Shown piece by piece: positions 17,733-24,848 of a stretch of DNA of 45,052 bases. Position numbers and translations under genes: made by a program. Location of the stretch: IMG/VR virus record IMGVR_UViG_3300020212_000062, positions 1-45,052 of that record; one strand, given 5' to 3'. The notes under the pieces were generated by a model. That model did no database searches, was not told where the DNA came from, and worked only from the letters and a program-made list of their open reading frames with translations. The stretch is from a virus. Positions within the stretch are counted from its first letter, which is position 1, and every line of letters starts with the position of its first letter.

Positions 17733-17761
17733 TTGCATCGCCTCGCTACTCTGTGTAGCAT
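17733..17761 (+). promoter_or_regulatory. Sigma70-like promoter for the plus-strand cassette (TTGCAT-17 nt-TAGCAT)
   Basis: TTGCAT at 17733-17738 and TAGCAT at 17756-17761, 45 nt upstream of the first cassette ATG. Its architecture is shared with 39064-39092. Confidence 0.4.
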
Positions 17762-17805
17762 TCAATTCACGGCCACGCCCGGCCGCATTCCCAGGAGCAA
17801 AACCC

Positions 17806-18060
17806 ATGTACGCATCCGTCCTCCGCACCGATTCCGCGCAGATTGCCCGCGATGGCCAGATTTTCCTGAACCGTGCGAACTACGGCAGCATGTCAGCTGA
17901 AGCTGTGCGCACCCATGTGCGCGATTGGGCTGTGTCTGAAGGCGTGATCGACCCGGAAGTGATCGTGCATGCCACCTCCGACGAACCGCTGTACCTGGGC
18001 AAGGTCGTGAGCGATCAGGGCGACGAACTGCACGCCTTTAACGTCGCGTTTGAGCTGTAA
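17806..18060 (+). CDS. Cassette gene 1, hypothetical 84-aa protein
   Basis: ATG at 17806 preceded by caggag. MYASVLRTDSAQIARDGQIF... Protein-like composition. Confidence 0.65.
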   Translation: MYASVLRTDSAQIARDGQIFLNRANYGSMSAEAVRTHVRDWAVSEGVIDPEVIVHATSDEPLYLGKVVSDQGDELHAFNVAFEL

Positions 18061-18089
18061 CCCTTACCCAATTCCCAGGAGCAATACCC

Positions 18090-18581
18090 ATGACCGCTTT
18101 CGCCTCGACCCTCGCCCCGCTGGCCGCCGACGTCCGCGAAGTCGCATTCGCTGACATGAACCAGGCGCAGGCCGGCGAGCTGGGCAACCACGCCCGCCGC
18201 CTGGCCAACGAAACCCTGCTTGGCATCATCCCGTTCCTGGGCAGCATGGGTGCCCGCGAACACGCCGGCATCATCGACCGCAGCGTGGCCTATGCCTACG
18301 GCGAGGCATATCTGCAGCATGTCCAGCGGAACACCGACTCGGTGCTGTGCGACGACAACAACTGGCTGCACAGCAGCGCCCTGTCGTCGGGTTACGTCGA
18401 CCTGCAGGTGGCGTATCACACCGCGTTCAAGTCCATGCAGGAAATGCTGGACGCGCACGCCGGCTACCGCCCGAGTCTGGACATGCGCGAGCCGGTGATG
18501 GTCCGCATTGCCGACGTCTACGACGCCCTGCAGGCCGAACGCGGCGATGCCCGCCGCGCCTACCGCTACGGGACGAACTGA
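18090..18581 (+). CDS. Cassette gene 2, hypothetical 163-aa protein
   Basis: ATG at 18090 is preceded by the same 19-nt leader as gene 1. I checked the codons and third positions are almost all G/C. Confidence 0.7.
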   Translation: MTAFASTLAPLAADVREVAFADMNQAQAGELGNHARRLANETLLGIIPFLGSMGAREHAGIIDRSVAYAYGEAYLQHVQRNTDSVLCDDNNWLHSSALSSGYVDLQVAYHTAFKSMQEMLDAHAGYRPSLDMREPVMVRIADVYDALQAERGDARRAYRYGTN

Positions 18582-18694
18582 TGAACCGCCGCCACGTCGA
18601 GGCGCGCACCCGCGCGCCGCTGGTGGCCCTGCTGGCCGTGGTCGACCTGGTGTCGATCGCGGCCGCCTGCAGGGCCGTGCTGGGGCTGCTGTGA
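18581..18694 (+). CDS. Cassette gene 3, 37-aa hydrophobic micro-protein
   Basis: TGATG overlap with gene 2. MNRRHVEARTRAPLVALLAVVDLVSIAAACRAVLGLL has one predicted transmembrane helix. Its stop overlaps the next ATG. Confidence 0.4.
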   Translation: MNRRHVEARTRAPLVALLAVVDLVSIAAACRAVLGLL

Positions 18695-18951
18695 TGGCCC
18701 GGCCCGCCAGCATGCAGGGCGGCCAGGTGACGCTTACCCTGACCGGATCCCAGGACAAGCTGCTGCGGCGCGCGCTGGAAGGCGGCCGCGACTGCTGGGC
18801 CGCCCTGGCCATCCAGGCCAAGGCCACCGCCGAGCGCCGCGACAAGCGCATTCCAGGCACCGAGCGCGAACGCAACATGGCCCGATCCGCCGAGTACCAA
18901 CGCCGCGCCGAACAGGTGCAGGCACTCATCGACCAACTGCCCCAGGAGTGA
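18694..18951 (+). CDS. Cassette gene 4, hypothetical 85-aa protein
   Basis: TGATG overlap. MARPASMQGGQVTLTLTGSQDKLLRRALEGG... Confidence 0.55.
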   Translation: MARPASMQGGQVTLTLTGSQDKLLRRALEGGRDCWAALAIQAKATAERRDKRIPGTERERNMARSAEYQRRAEQVQALIDQLPQE

Positions 18952-18956
18952 ATCCC

Positions 18957-19136
18957 ATGCACCCGCAAGCTGTCCGCCGCCCGCCCTCTTTCTTCGCCAA
19001 GCGCGCCAGGCTGCGCGCCATCGTCCGCTGGTACCGCGGCCTGGATCTGCAGACGCAAGCCGATGCCGCGTTCGGCGCCGCCGTGATCGTTGGTTTCTTC
19101 CTGGTGGGCATTGGCCTGCAGGTGGTGGGCAAGTGA
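18957..19136 (+). CDS. Cassette gene 5, 59-aa protein with a C-terminal transmembrane helix
   Basis: caggag lies 8 nt before the ATG at 18957. ...FGAAVIVGFFLVGIGLQVVGK. Confidence 0.5.
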   Translation: MHPQAVRRPPSFFAKRARLRAIVRWYRGLDLQTQADAAFGAAVIVGFFLVGIGLQVVGK

Positions 19137-19609
19137 GCGCGCCGCATCCGACCGACACCATAGGCTGGCGCTGCCGCGGCTGCGGCTGCACCGACACCCA
19201 GGCGTGCCCAGGCGGTTGCCATTGGGTCGACGTGGAGCTGTGCAGCGCCTGCGTCCAGGATCCGCCGGTACCGGCACCGCTTCCCCTGCTGCGCATCGGC
19301 ATCGAGGATTGGCAGGCGCTGCCCGATGCGGTGCTGCCGCGGTGCGCCACTGGCGGCGGCGTCACCCACGACGTTTACAGCGCCACCATGTACCTGTCGC
19401 GCGAGCGCTTCAGGCCGGAAAGCGCGCAGCCCCTGCCGGCGTTCGTGGCGGTACCGCAGGATCTGATGGCCGAGCTGCAGCGCGCGCTGCATGACGCCCA
19501 GGTGCAGCTGTCCAGGGCCGGGCGTGGCCTTCGACTCAACCCCCTGAAGGCCGGCAAGGCATGCGGCGCCCTGGCCGTGGTGGCTGAAAAGCTCGGGGGT
19601 GGCGAGTGA
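19133..19609 (+). CDS. Cassette gene 6, 158-aa protein with an N-terminal Cys-rich (metal-binding-like) module
   Basis: GTG start at 19133. WRCRGCGCTDTQACPGGCHWVDVELCSAC has 7 Cys and 1 His within 29 residues. Confidence 0.6.
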   Translation: MSAPHPTDTIGWRCRGCGCTDTQACPGGCHWVDVELCSACVQDPPVPAPLPLLRIGIEDWQALPDAVLPRCATGGGVTHDVYSATMYLSRERFRPESAQPLPAFVAVPQDLMAELQRALHDAQVQLSRAGRGLRLNPLKAGKACGALAVVAEKLGGGE

Positions 19610-19770
19610 GCCGGCGCAACCGCAGCGAGGCATGGGCCAACCAACAGCTGGCCCAGCGTCCGGTACCGGTGGCGCCTCGGATCATGTCGAGAAAACCGCC
19701 CACCGTCTGGCAGCGCCTGCGCGCGCTGGCCAAGCGCCTGGGCCTGGGGGTGCACCGTGGCGACGTTTGA
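19606..19770 (+). CDS. Cassette gene 7, 54-aa Arg-rich micro-protein (not in the ORF track because it is under 60 aa)
   Basis: GTGA overlap with gene 6. My translation is MSRRNRSEAWANQQLAQRPVPVAPRIMSRKPPTVWQRLRALAKRLGLGVHRGDV. Confidence 0.35.
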   Translation: MSRRNRSEAWANQQLAQRPVPVAPRIMSRKPPTVWQRLRALAKRLGLGVHRGDV

Positions 19771-20179
19771 CCCCAAAACCTTCCTGCAGGACATGGCCAG
19801 GCCGCGATCGCTGGCCGAGCTGGTGGCCGCCGGTGACCTGGTCGACTGCACGCTGATGGCCAACTGGCACGGCTTCCAGTTTCCGTGTTTCCTCACGATC
19901 GGCGCCTGGGAAGCGGTCATCGGCCCGCGGGGCAAGGTCAGCGCCATGCTGCCGCCGGCGGAAATGCGGCGCCAGGGCGAACGCCAGCACTCGCTCTGGC
20001 GCATTGCCGCGCAGCAGATGAACCGCTACGCCGCCACCGCCAAGGGCAAGCGCGTGCCCGATGCTGTGCCGCTGCATGTGCCCGGGGTGAACTCGGCCGA
20101 CCTGCAGCGCCTGGAAATCCGCGTGGCCACCGACAGCGCCGGCCAGCTCTATGTAACCGTCCGCCTCACTGGAGAATGA
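19757..20179 (+). CDS. Cassette gene 8, 140-aa protein resembling a small family common on ICEs/conjugative plasmids (possibly DUF6573)
   Basis: LVAAGDLVDCTLMANWHGFQFPCFLTIGAWEAVI...SLWRI...ATDSAGQLYVTVRLTGE fits my recalled pattern G.LVDVT..A...GF..PVA.T..VW..V...LWD.L...GPGD.GEPV.TI.LP.ED. Confidence 0.55.
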   Translation: MATFDPKTFLQDMARPRSLAELVAAGDLVDCTLMANWHGFQFPCFLTIGAWEAVIGPRGKVSAMLPPAEMRRQGERQHSLWRIAAQQMNRYAATAKGKRVPDAVPLHVPGVNSADLQRLEIRVATDSAGQLYVTVRLTGE

Positions 20180-20182
20180 CCA

Positions 20183-20545
20183 ATGGCAGAACACCATATG
20201 ACCCCGGAACAGCAAGCGCGCTGGCACGCCGTTGGCCAGCAGCTGAAGCGATTGGGACCGCCGGAGCCGCCGGCGCCGTTGCCGTTCCTGCAGTGCCGGT
20301 GCGTGATCCGGCCGCAGACGGAGCTGGCCATGCGCCGCCGCCTGTTCCAAACGCGCATGGCCGCAATCCGGTACCGAGTGGAAGACATGGGCCGCCAGGC
20401 CGCCGACCAGGTCATGGCCCAGCGCATCGAGCGCCACGCCCGCACCGATCGATACCTGCGCAACGCCGGCCTGGCGCTGGGCGTGCTGGCGCTCCTGGCT
20501 GGCCTGGCTGCGATCGCCGCCGGCACGATCGGGGGTGCTGCATGA
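20183..20545 (+). CDS. Cassette gene 9, 120-aa protein with a C-terminal transmembrane helix
   Basis: ggag upstream of the ATG at 20183. ...LALGVLALLAGLAAIAAGTIGGAA. Confidence 0.6.
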   Translation: MAEHHMTPEQQARWHAVGQQLKRLGPPEPPAPLPFLQCRCVIRPQTELAMRRRLFQTRMAAIRYRVEDMGRQAADQVMAQRIERHARTDRYLRNAGLALGVLALLAGLAAIAAGTIGGAA

Positions 20546-20844
20546 AGGCGCTGCCGACCACGAACCGCCCGTGCAAGGGCCGCGGCGTAGCCTGGTCGCG
20601 CACGGTCACGCCGGACGTCATCACCGTGCGCGCGTTCAAGCGCGACAGCACCGGGCGAAGCCACATGCACGCCCGTGAACTGCCAGTGCGCGAGCTGGCC
20701 AGGCATCGGCACCCGCGCACGGTGCTGGCCCTGCAGCTGCTCGCCTGCAGGGCGCAGGTGCGGTGGGCGGTCGACCAGGTCGATTTCCAGCTGCTCGGCC
20801 TGGTCGACACCACGCCGCGGCCGCGTGCCGGGGTGGTGCTGTGA
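20542..20844 (+). CDS. Cassette gene 10, hypothetical 100-aa protein
   Basis: ATGA overlap with gene 9. I checked the codons and GC3 is high. Confidence 0.5.
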   Translation: MKALPTTNRPCKGRGVAWSRTVTPDVITVRAFKRDSTGRSHMHARELPVRELARHRHPRTVLALQLLACRAQVRWAVDQVDFQLLGLVDTTPRPRAGVVL

Positions 20845-21326
20845 ACCGCCGGATGCGCCGCGAGCGCGAACGGGCGAAGTTTGAGGCGGCCAGGCAGCGC
20901 GCGCTGCTGCGCATGGTGGCGAAGTGGAACACGCTCAACACCGAATGGCGCGTGCGCGGGATGGACGACGAAATGGCACAGGTGAAAACCGCCCTGAACA
21001 ACCTGGCCAGCGCGTACCGCGGCACTGCCCGCGTGCTGCTGATTGGCCCCGGCGGTGTCACCACGAACCTGGGCCCCGCCGGCGTGGCGTTCGCCGCTGG
21101 GCTGCGGTACCAGGCACAGCAGCAGGCCGACCAGGTGCGCGAGCGGGCATTCATCGACACCGGCATGGCCACTGGTAGTTCGCCGGCGGATCTGTGGCCA
21201 TGCGGCGACTGCATGGTGGAAACGCGGCAGCAGCCCATCCTGGGTGGCCGAGCCTGGCGAACGATCGAGCGCACCCGCACCTGCGACATGTGCCGCGCCC
21301 AGGGCGCGCCGGAGTACTTGCCATGA
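20841..21326 (+). CDS. Cassette gene 11, 161-aa protein with a C-terminal CxxC...CxxC zinc-ribbon-like motif
   Basis: GTGA overlap. ...WPCGDCMVETRQQPILGGRAWRTIERTRTCDMCRAQG. Confidence 0.55.
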   Translation: MNRRMRRERERAKFEAARQRALLRMVAKWNTLNTEWRVRGMDDEMAQVKTALNNLASAYRGTARVLLIGPGGVTTNLGPAGVAFAAGLRYQAQQQADQVRERAFIDTGMATGSSPADLWPCGDCMVETRQQPILGGRAWRTIERTRTCDMCRAQGAPEYLP

Positions 21327-21721
21327 CCCTGGACCAGCTCGACCTGTTCACCGAGCGCGAACACCGCGCCCTGGGTGCGCCGCCGGTACCGAACCGGTAC
21401 GGCGTGTTTGAGCCCGACGAAACCCTGACCCTGGACAGCCCTGGCCGCTTCGCCATGCCCGTGGCCGAAATCGACCTGGTACATGTGCCGGCGTTCGGTT
21501 GGATCTTCGCCACGTCGTACCACCTGGGCGACTGCGGCGCGTCGTCGCCGCTGGTGCTGGACAGGGCCGACCGCGGGGACAGCAGGCGCGATGCCCTGGT
21601 GCGTGCCGTCGACCAGCTGTGCGGCCGCATGGACGGCTACCTGCAGTGCAGCAACGACAGCGCCACGCGCAAGGGCACCGCCCGCAAGGTCAAGGCCTGG
21701 GCCAAGGGGCTGCTGGCCTAA
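21323..21721 (+). CDS. Cassette gene 12, hypothetical 132-aa protein
   Basis: ATGA overlap. MTLDQLDLFTEREHRALGAPPVPNRYGVFEPDE... Confidence 0.6.
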   Translation: MTLDQLDLFTEREHRALGAPPVPNRYGVFEPDETLTLDSPGRFAMPVAEIDLVHVPAFGWIFATSYHLGDCGASSPLVLDRADRGDSRRDALVRAVDQLCGRMDGYLQCSNDSATRKGTARKVKAWAKGLLA

Positions 21722-21761
21722 AACCTGCAGCTGCTGCACCACCTGGTCCACTCAACGCGCA

Positions 21762-21787
21762 AGCCCCGGATTCCCGGGGCTTTTTTC
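21762..21787 (+). terminator. Rho-independent terminator closing the plus-strand cassette
   Basis: AGCCCCGG-attc-CCGGGGCT followed by TTTTTT. It sits between the convergent stops at 21721 and 21812 and is nested inside a 10-bp inverted repeat (21743-21752 / 21797-21806). Confidence 0.85.
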
Positions 21788-21811
21788 GTGGGCGAAAGTG
21801 GACCAGTGCGG

Positions 21812-23332
21812 CTACACCAGGCCACGGCCTGCGCGGATCCGCGCGACCAGCGCCTGCAGCTGCTCCTCGGGCAGGTCGACGCCGGCGGCCTTCAGCTCGG
21901 CGCGCAGCTCCTGCAGCAGCGCGGCGGCCAGCGCCTGGCGCGACTCGGCCGTGCGCAGCTCGACCATGACCGCGGCCAGCAGCTCGCTGGGCTTGGCATC
22001 ACCGGCGTATGCCTCCACGGCCTCCAGGACGGCCCGCTGCGGGCTTTGCAGGGCCATGCCGCGGATATCCTCCAGCTCGGCCCGCGCGGCCGCCTGCAGC
22101 GCGCTGTCGGCCCGCTGCGCGTCGATGGTCGACCGTAGGGCGGCCTTCGCCTCATCCGGCAGGGCATCGAAAGCGGCCTGTGCGCGCGCGCTGGGCTTGC
22201 GGTCGGCCAGCAGCGCCTTGCGGTAGGCCTGCAGGCCTGCAGACGCCTGCAGGCGGTCGGCCTGGGCCTGGGCCTGCAGCAGCTGCTGCGATGCCGGCAG
22301 CGCCTTGCCCTTGTCGGTCGCCTGCAGGTTGCGCAGCGCCGGCGCCAGGTACGGCGTGTTTTCGTCCAGGGCGGCCATGATCTTGCGCTGGGCCGATCGC
22401 TCGGCCGCCCTGCTGGTGCCCTTGGCCAACCCGCTGGCGGCCAGTCCGGTGCTGGTGCTGGCGCCGGACTGTGCCGCGGCCTGCTTGCCGGCGGCCGCTG
22501 CCGCCTCCAGGCCCTTGGCAGCTGGGCCCTGCAGCGCCGGCGGGTATCCCTGCAGCTTCTCCTTCACGGCCTTGGCCAGCGCGCGGTTGCGGGCCTCGCC
22601 GACGTTGGTTTGCCAGCCAGGGTCGATGCCTTCGGGGATCCGCTCCACCTTGCCGGTGTTCGGGTTCGTCCAGGGCACGGTCGGCGATGCCGGCGCCTTC
22701 GACACCTGCAGGCCCATGTCGGCCAGGTCGTCGGCCGACAGCTGGATGACGCTACACCGGCAATTCCACCCGTTGGGCGGGTAGTGCGTCTGCCACCACA
22801 CATGGCCAACGGGCAGCACCGTGCCGTCCCAGGCCTTGTGTTCGGGCCGCGTGCGGCCATCGTCCACGGCGTCGTACAGCAGGTAGGGCGCCAGCTCGGC
22901 CTGGTCGGCGATCGCATCCCAGGCGCCGGCGGCGTAGGCGCTCTGCACGTTGCTGCGGTAGATGGTCTGCAGGCGCGCCGGCGAACCCAGCTGTACGTTG
23001 ACCGGGTTCCCACCTGGTGCAACGACGTCGCGCCGCCCCCACCAGCCGCGCTCCTGCAGCGCCGGCGCCAGCTGCTCGGCCCACGCCTTGAACGGCACGC
23101 CGTTGGCCAGCGCCTGGTCGAGGGACTGCTGCACGAACGCCAGCAGGTCGGTGTCGGTCAGCTTGGCCACGGTGAACGCTCGGGCGTGTTCCTCGCCCAG
23201 CATTTCGTACCAGTTGAACGTCGGTTGCAGGCCGCGGTTGCGGAAGTACTCCACGGCCTGCTCAGGCGACAGCATCCAGGACGCGCCGGTGGGCACGTCC
23301 ACGAACTCCAGCACCTGGCGGGCCAGGTTCAT
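21812..23332 (-). CDS. MuF-like (SPP1 gp7 family) minor head protein with a long C-terminal extension
   Basis: ATG at 23332 (MNLARQVLEF...) forms an ATGA overlap with the portal stop. DDGRTRPEHKAWDGTVLPVGHVWWQTHYPPNGWNCRCSV is the Phage_Mu_F signature. Confidence 0.85.
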   Translation of the reverse strand: MNLARQVLEFVDVPTGASWMLSPEQAVEYFRNRGLQPTFNWYEMLGEEHARAFTVAKLTDTDLLAFVQQSLDQALANGVPFKAWAEQLAPALQERGWWGRRDVVAPGGNPVNVQLGSPARLQTIYRSNVQSAYAAGAWDAIADQAELAPYLLYDAVDDGRTRPEHKAWDGTVLPVGHVWWQTHYPPNGWNCRCSVIQLSADDLADMGLQVSKAPASPTVPWTNPNTGKVERIPEGIDPGWQTNVGEARNRALAKAVKEKLQGYPPALQGPAAKGLEAAAAAGKQAAAQSGASTSTGLAASGLAKGTSRAAERSAQRKIMAALDENTPYLAPALRNLQATDKGKALPASQQLLQAQAQADRLQASAGLQAYRKALLADRKPSARAQAAFDALPDEAKAALRSTIDAQRADSALQAAARAELEDIRGMALQSPQRAVLEAVEAYAGDAKPSELLAAVMVELRTAESRQALAAALLQELRAELKAAGVDLPEEQLQALVARIRAGRGLV

Positions 23333-24846
23333 GCGTTGCCCCGGAACCTGGCCAGCAGGCGGGCAAAGAACGTGGCATTGCGCATTTCCAGCACGCCGTC
23401 GTTGTCCGGCAGCTGCTGGGCCAGGCGCTGCAGCTCGCCGGCCATGTCGGCGTAGTCGACGCCCTCGCCCTGGGAGTACGCCAGGATCTGCGCCACGCGC
23501 GCGCCGACCAGGCCGCCGCGGTTGGCCAGGAACTCGGCCGCCTCCTTCATGGACTGCTGGTCTGCGCGCTTGCCGGCCTTCAGGATGGCCACCGCGCCCA
23601 GCTCGGCGAAGTCCGCCGCGGCACCGATCGGGCCAGGCTGCGCGGCGAAGGATCCGCCGGCGCCCAGGTTCAGCGGCTCGGCCTTTTCCCAATGCTCGCC
23701 ATAGCGCTGCTTGATGTACTCCTCAGACGGCTGAAACCCCAGCTCTTTGATGGCCTTGTCAGTGGCAGCGGCCTTGCCCAGGTCTTCCTCGGGCTCGACC
23801 TTGCGCCACACGCGCGGCGGCTTCGCACCAGGGAAATTCCACTCGGTGAGCCAGGCGCACACCTGGCGATTGAAACTGTCGGTAATCAGGTCGGCGTCGG
23901 CCTTCACCAGGTCGCTGCGCACCTCGGCCTGCAGCTCCTCGTTGCCGAGCCGGCCGGGCGTGCCCTGGCTGCTGGCGGTCTGGCCAATAATCAGCTTGGC
24001 CAGTGCGGCGTCCATCTTGTCGTACAGGTCGCCGTAGGTCGCCGTCCCCGATCGCGTGGCCTCCAGCAGCTCCACGGTGGTTTCCTCGGGCACCACAATT
24101 GCGGCCTCGGTGCTGAACTGCAGGAGCGCCTCCAGTACGGCCTCCTTCAGCGCCTCATCATCCCATTTGCCGCCGGGCACCTTGCCGATCGCCGTGGGCG
24201 CGCCGAATTTCTCGATGAACACCAGCCAGAACTTCAGGCCGTTGCGCTTGAAGAACACCGGCCAGTAGCAGTAATGGGCCAGGCCCAGGCCGTAGGGCTC
24301 ATCATCGTTATCTGCGCCGACAGCGACGTGCCAGAACTTGCGCTCGGGCATCGGCTCCCACTGCCCGCGATCGCCCAGCAGCCAGATGCCGCCCTCGGTG
24401 TCGTACAGGAAGCGGCCGCGGTCCCGTACCTTGATCTTGTCCAGGCGCACCAGGTTGCCATCGATGCGGTACAGGCATTCGGCCACCGAATGGCCGTACC
24501 AGCGCGCGTAGAGCATTTTATCGGTGACGGAATCCCAGCCGATCCTGGTCAGCTCCTCGCGGATGAAGTCGGCCGCGGCGACGTCCAGCGGATCCTCGCT
24601 GGCGGCATCCACTACCCACTCCTTTGACGTCACCGCCAGGCGGCGATCGTTGAACGTGGCGGCGCACTGGTCGTCGCGCAGCGTCTCCCGGTAAATCTTC
24701 AGGTCTTTGCCGCCCTTGGCGATCAGCACCGAGTCGGTGGGCTGCAGCAGCTCCACGAACCGGCCGCCGACCGGTACACCGATCTGGCGCGACTTGGCGA
24801 ATTCAGCGGGGGATGGGCGCTTGGGGGTGGGCAGTTGGTCGGCCAT
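23329..24846 (-). CDS. Portal protein (DUF935, Mu gp29-like)
   Basis: ATG at 24846 (MADQLPTPKRPSPAEF...) lies 2 nt after the TerL stop. Size and position fit. ...YGLGLAHYCYWPVFFKRNGLKFWLVFIEKFG... is typical of DUF935. Confidence 0.8.
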   Translation of the reverse strand: MADQLPTPKRPSPAEFAKSRQIGVPVGGRFVELLQPTDSVLIAKGGKDLKIYRETLRDDQCAATFNDRRLAVTSKEWVVDAASEDPLDVAAADFIREELTRIGWDSVTDKMLYARWYGHSVAECLYRIDGNLVRLDKIKVRDRGRFLYDTEGGIWLLGDRGQWEPMPERKFWHVAVGADNDDEPYGLGLAHYCYWPVFFKRNGLKFWLVFIEKFGAPTAIGKVPGGKWDDEALKEAVLEALLQFSTEAAIVVPEETTVELLEATRSGTATYGDLYDKMDAALAKLIIGQTASSQGTPGRLGNEELQAEVRSDLVKADADLITDSFNRQVCAWLTEWNFPGAKPPRVWRKVEPEEDLGKAAATDKAIKELGFQPSEEYIKQRYGEHWEKAEPLNLGAGGSFAAQPGPIGAAADFAELGAVAILKAGKRADQQSMKEAAEFLANRGGLVGARVAQILAYSQGEGVDYADMAGELQRLAQQLPDNDGVLEMRNATFFARLLARFRGNA

Positions 24847-24848
24847 TT

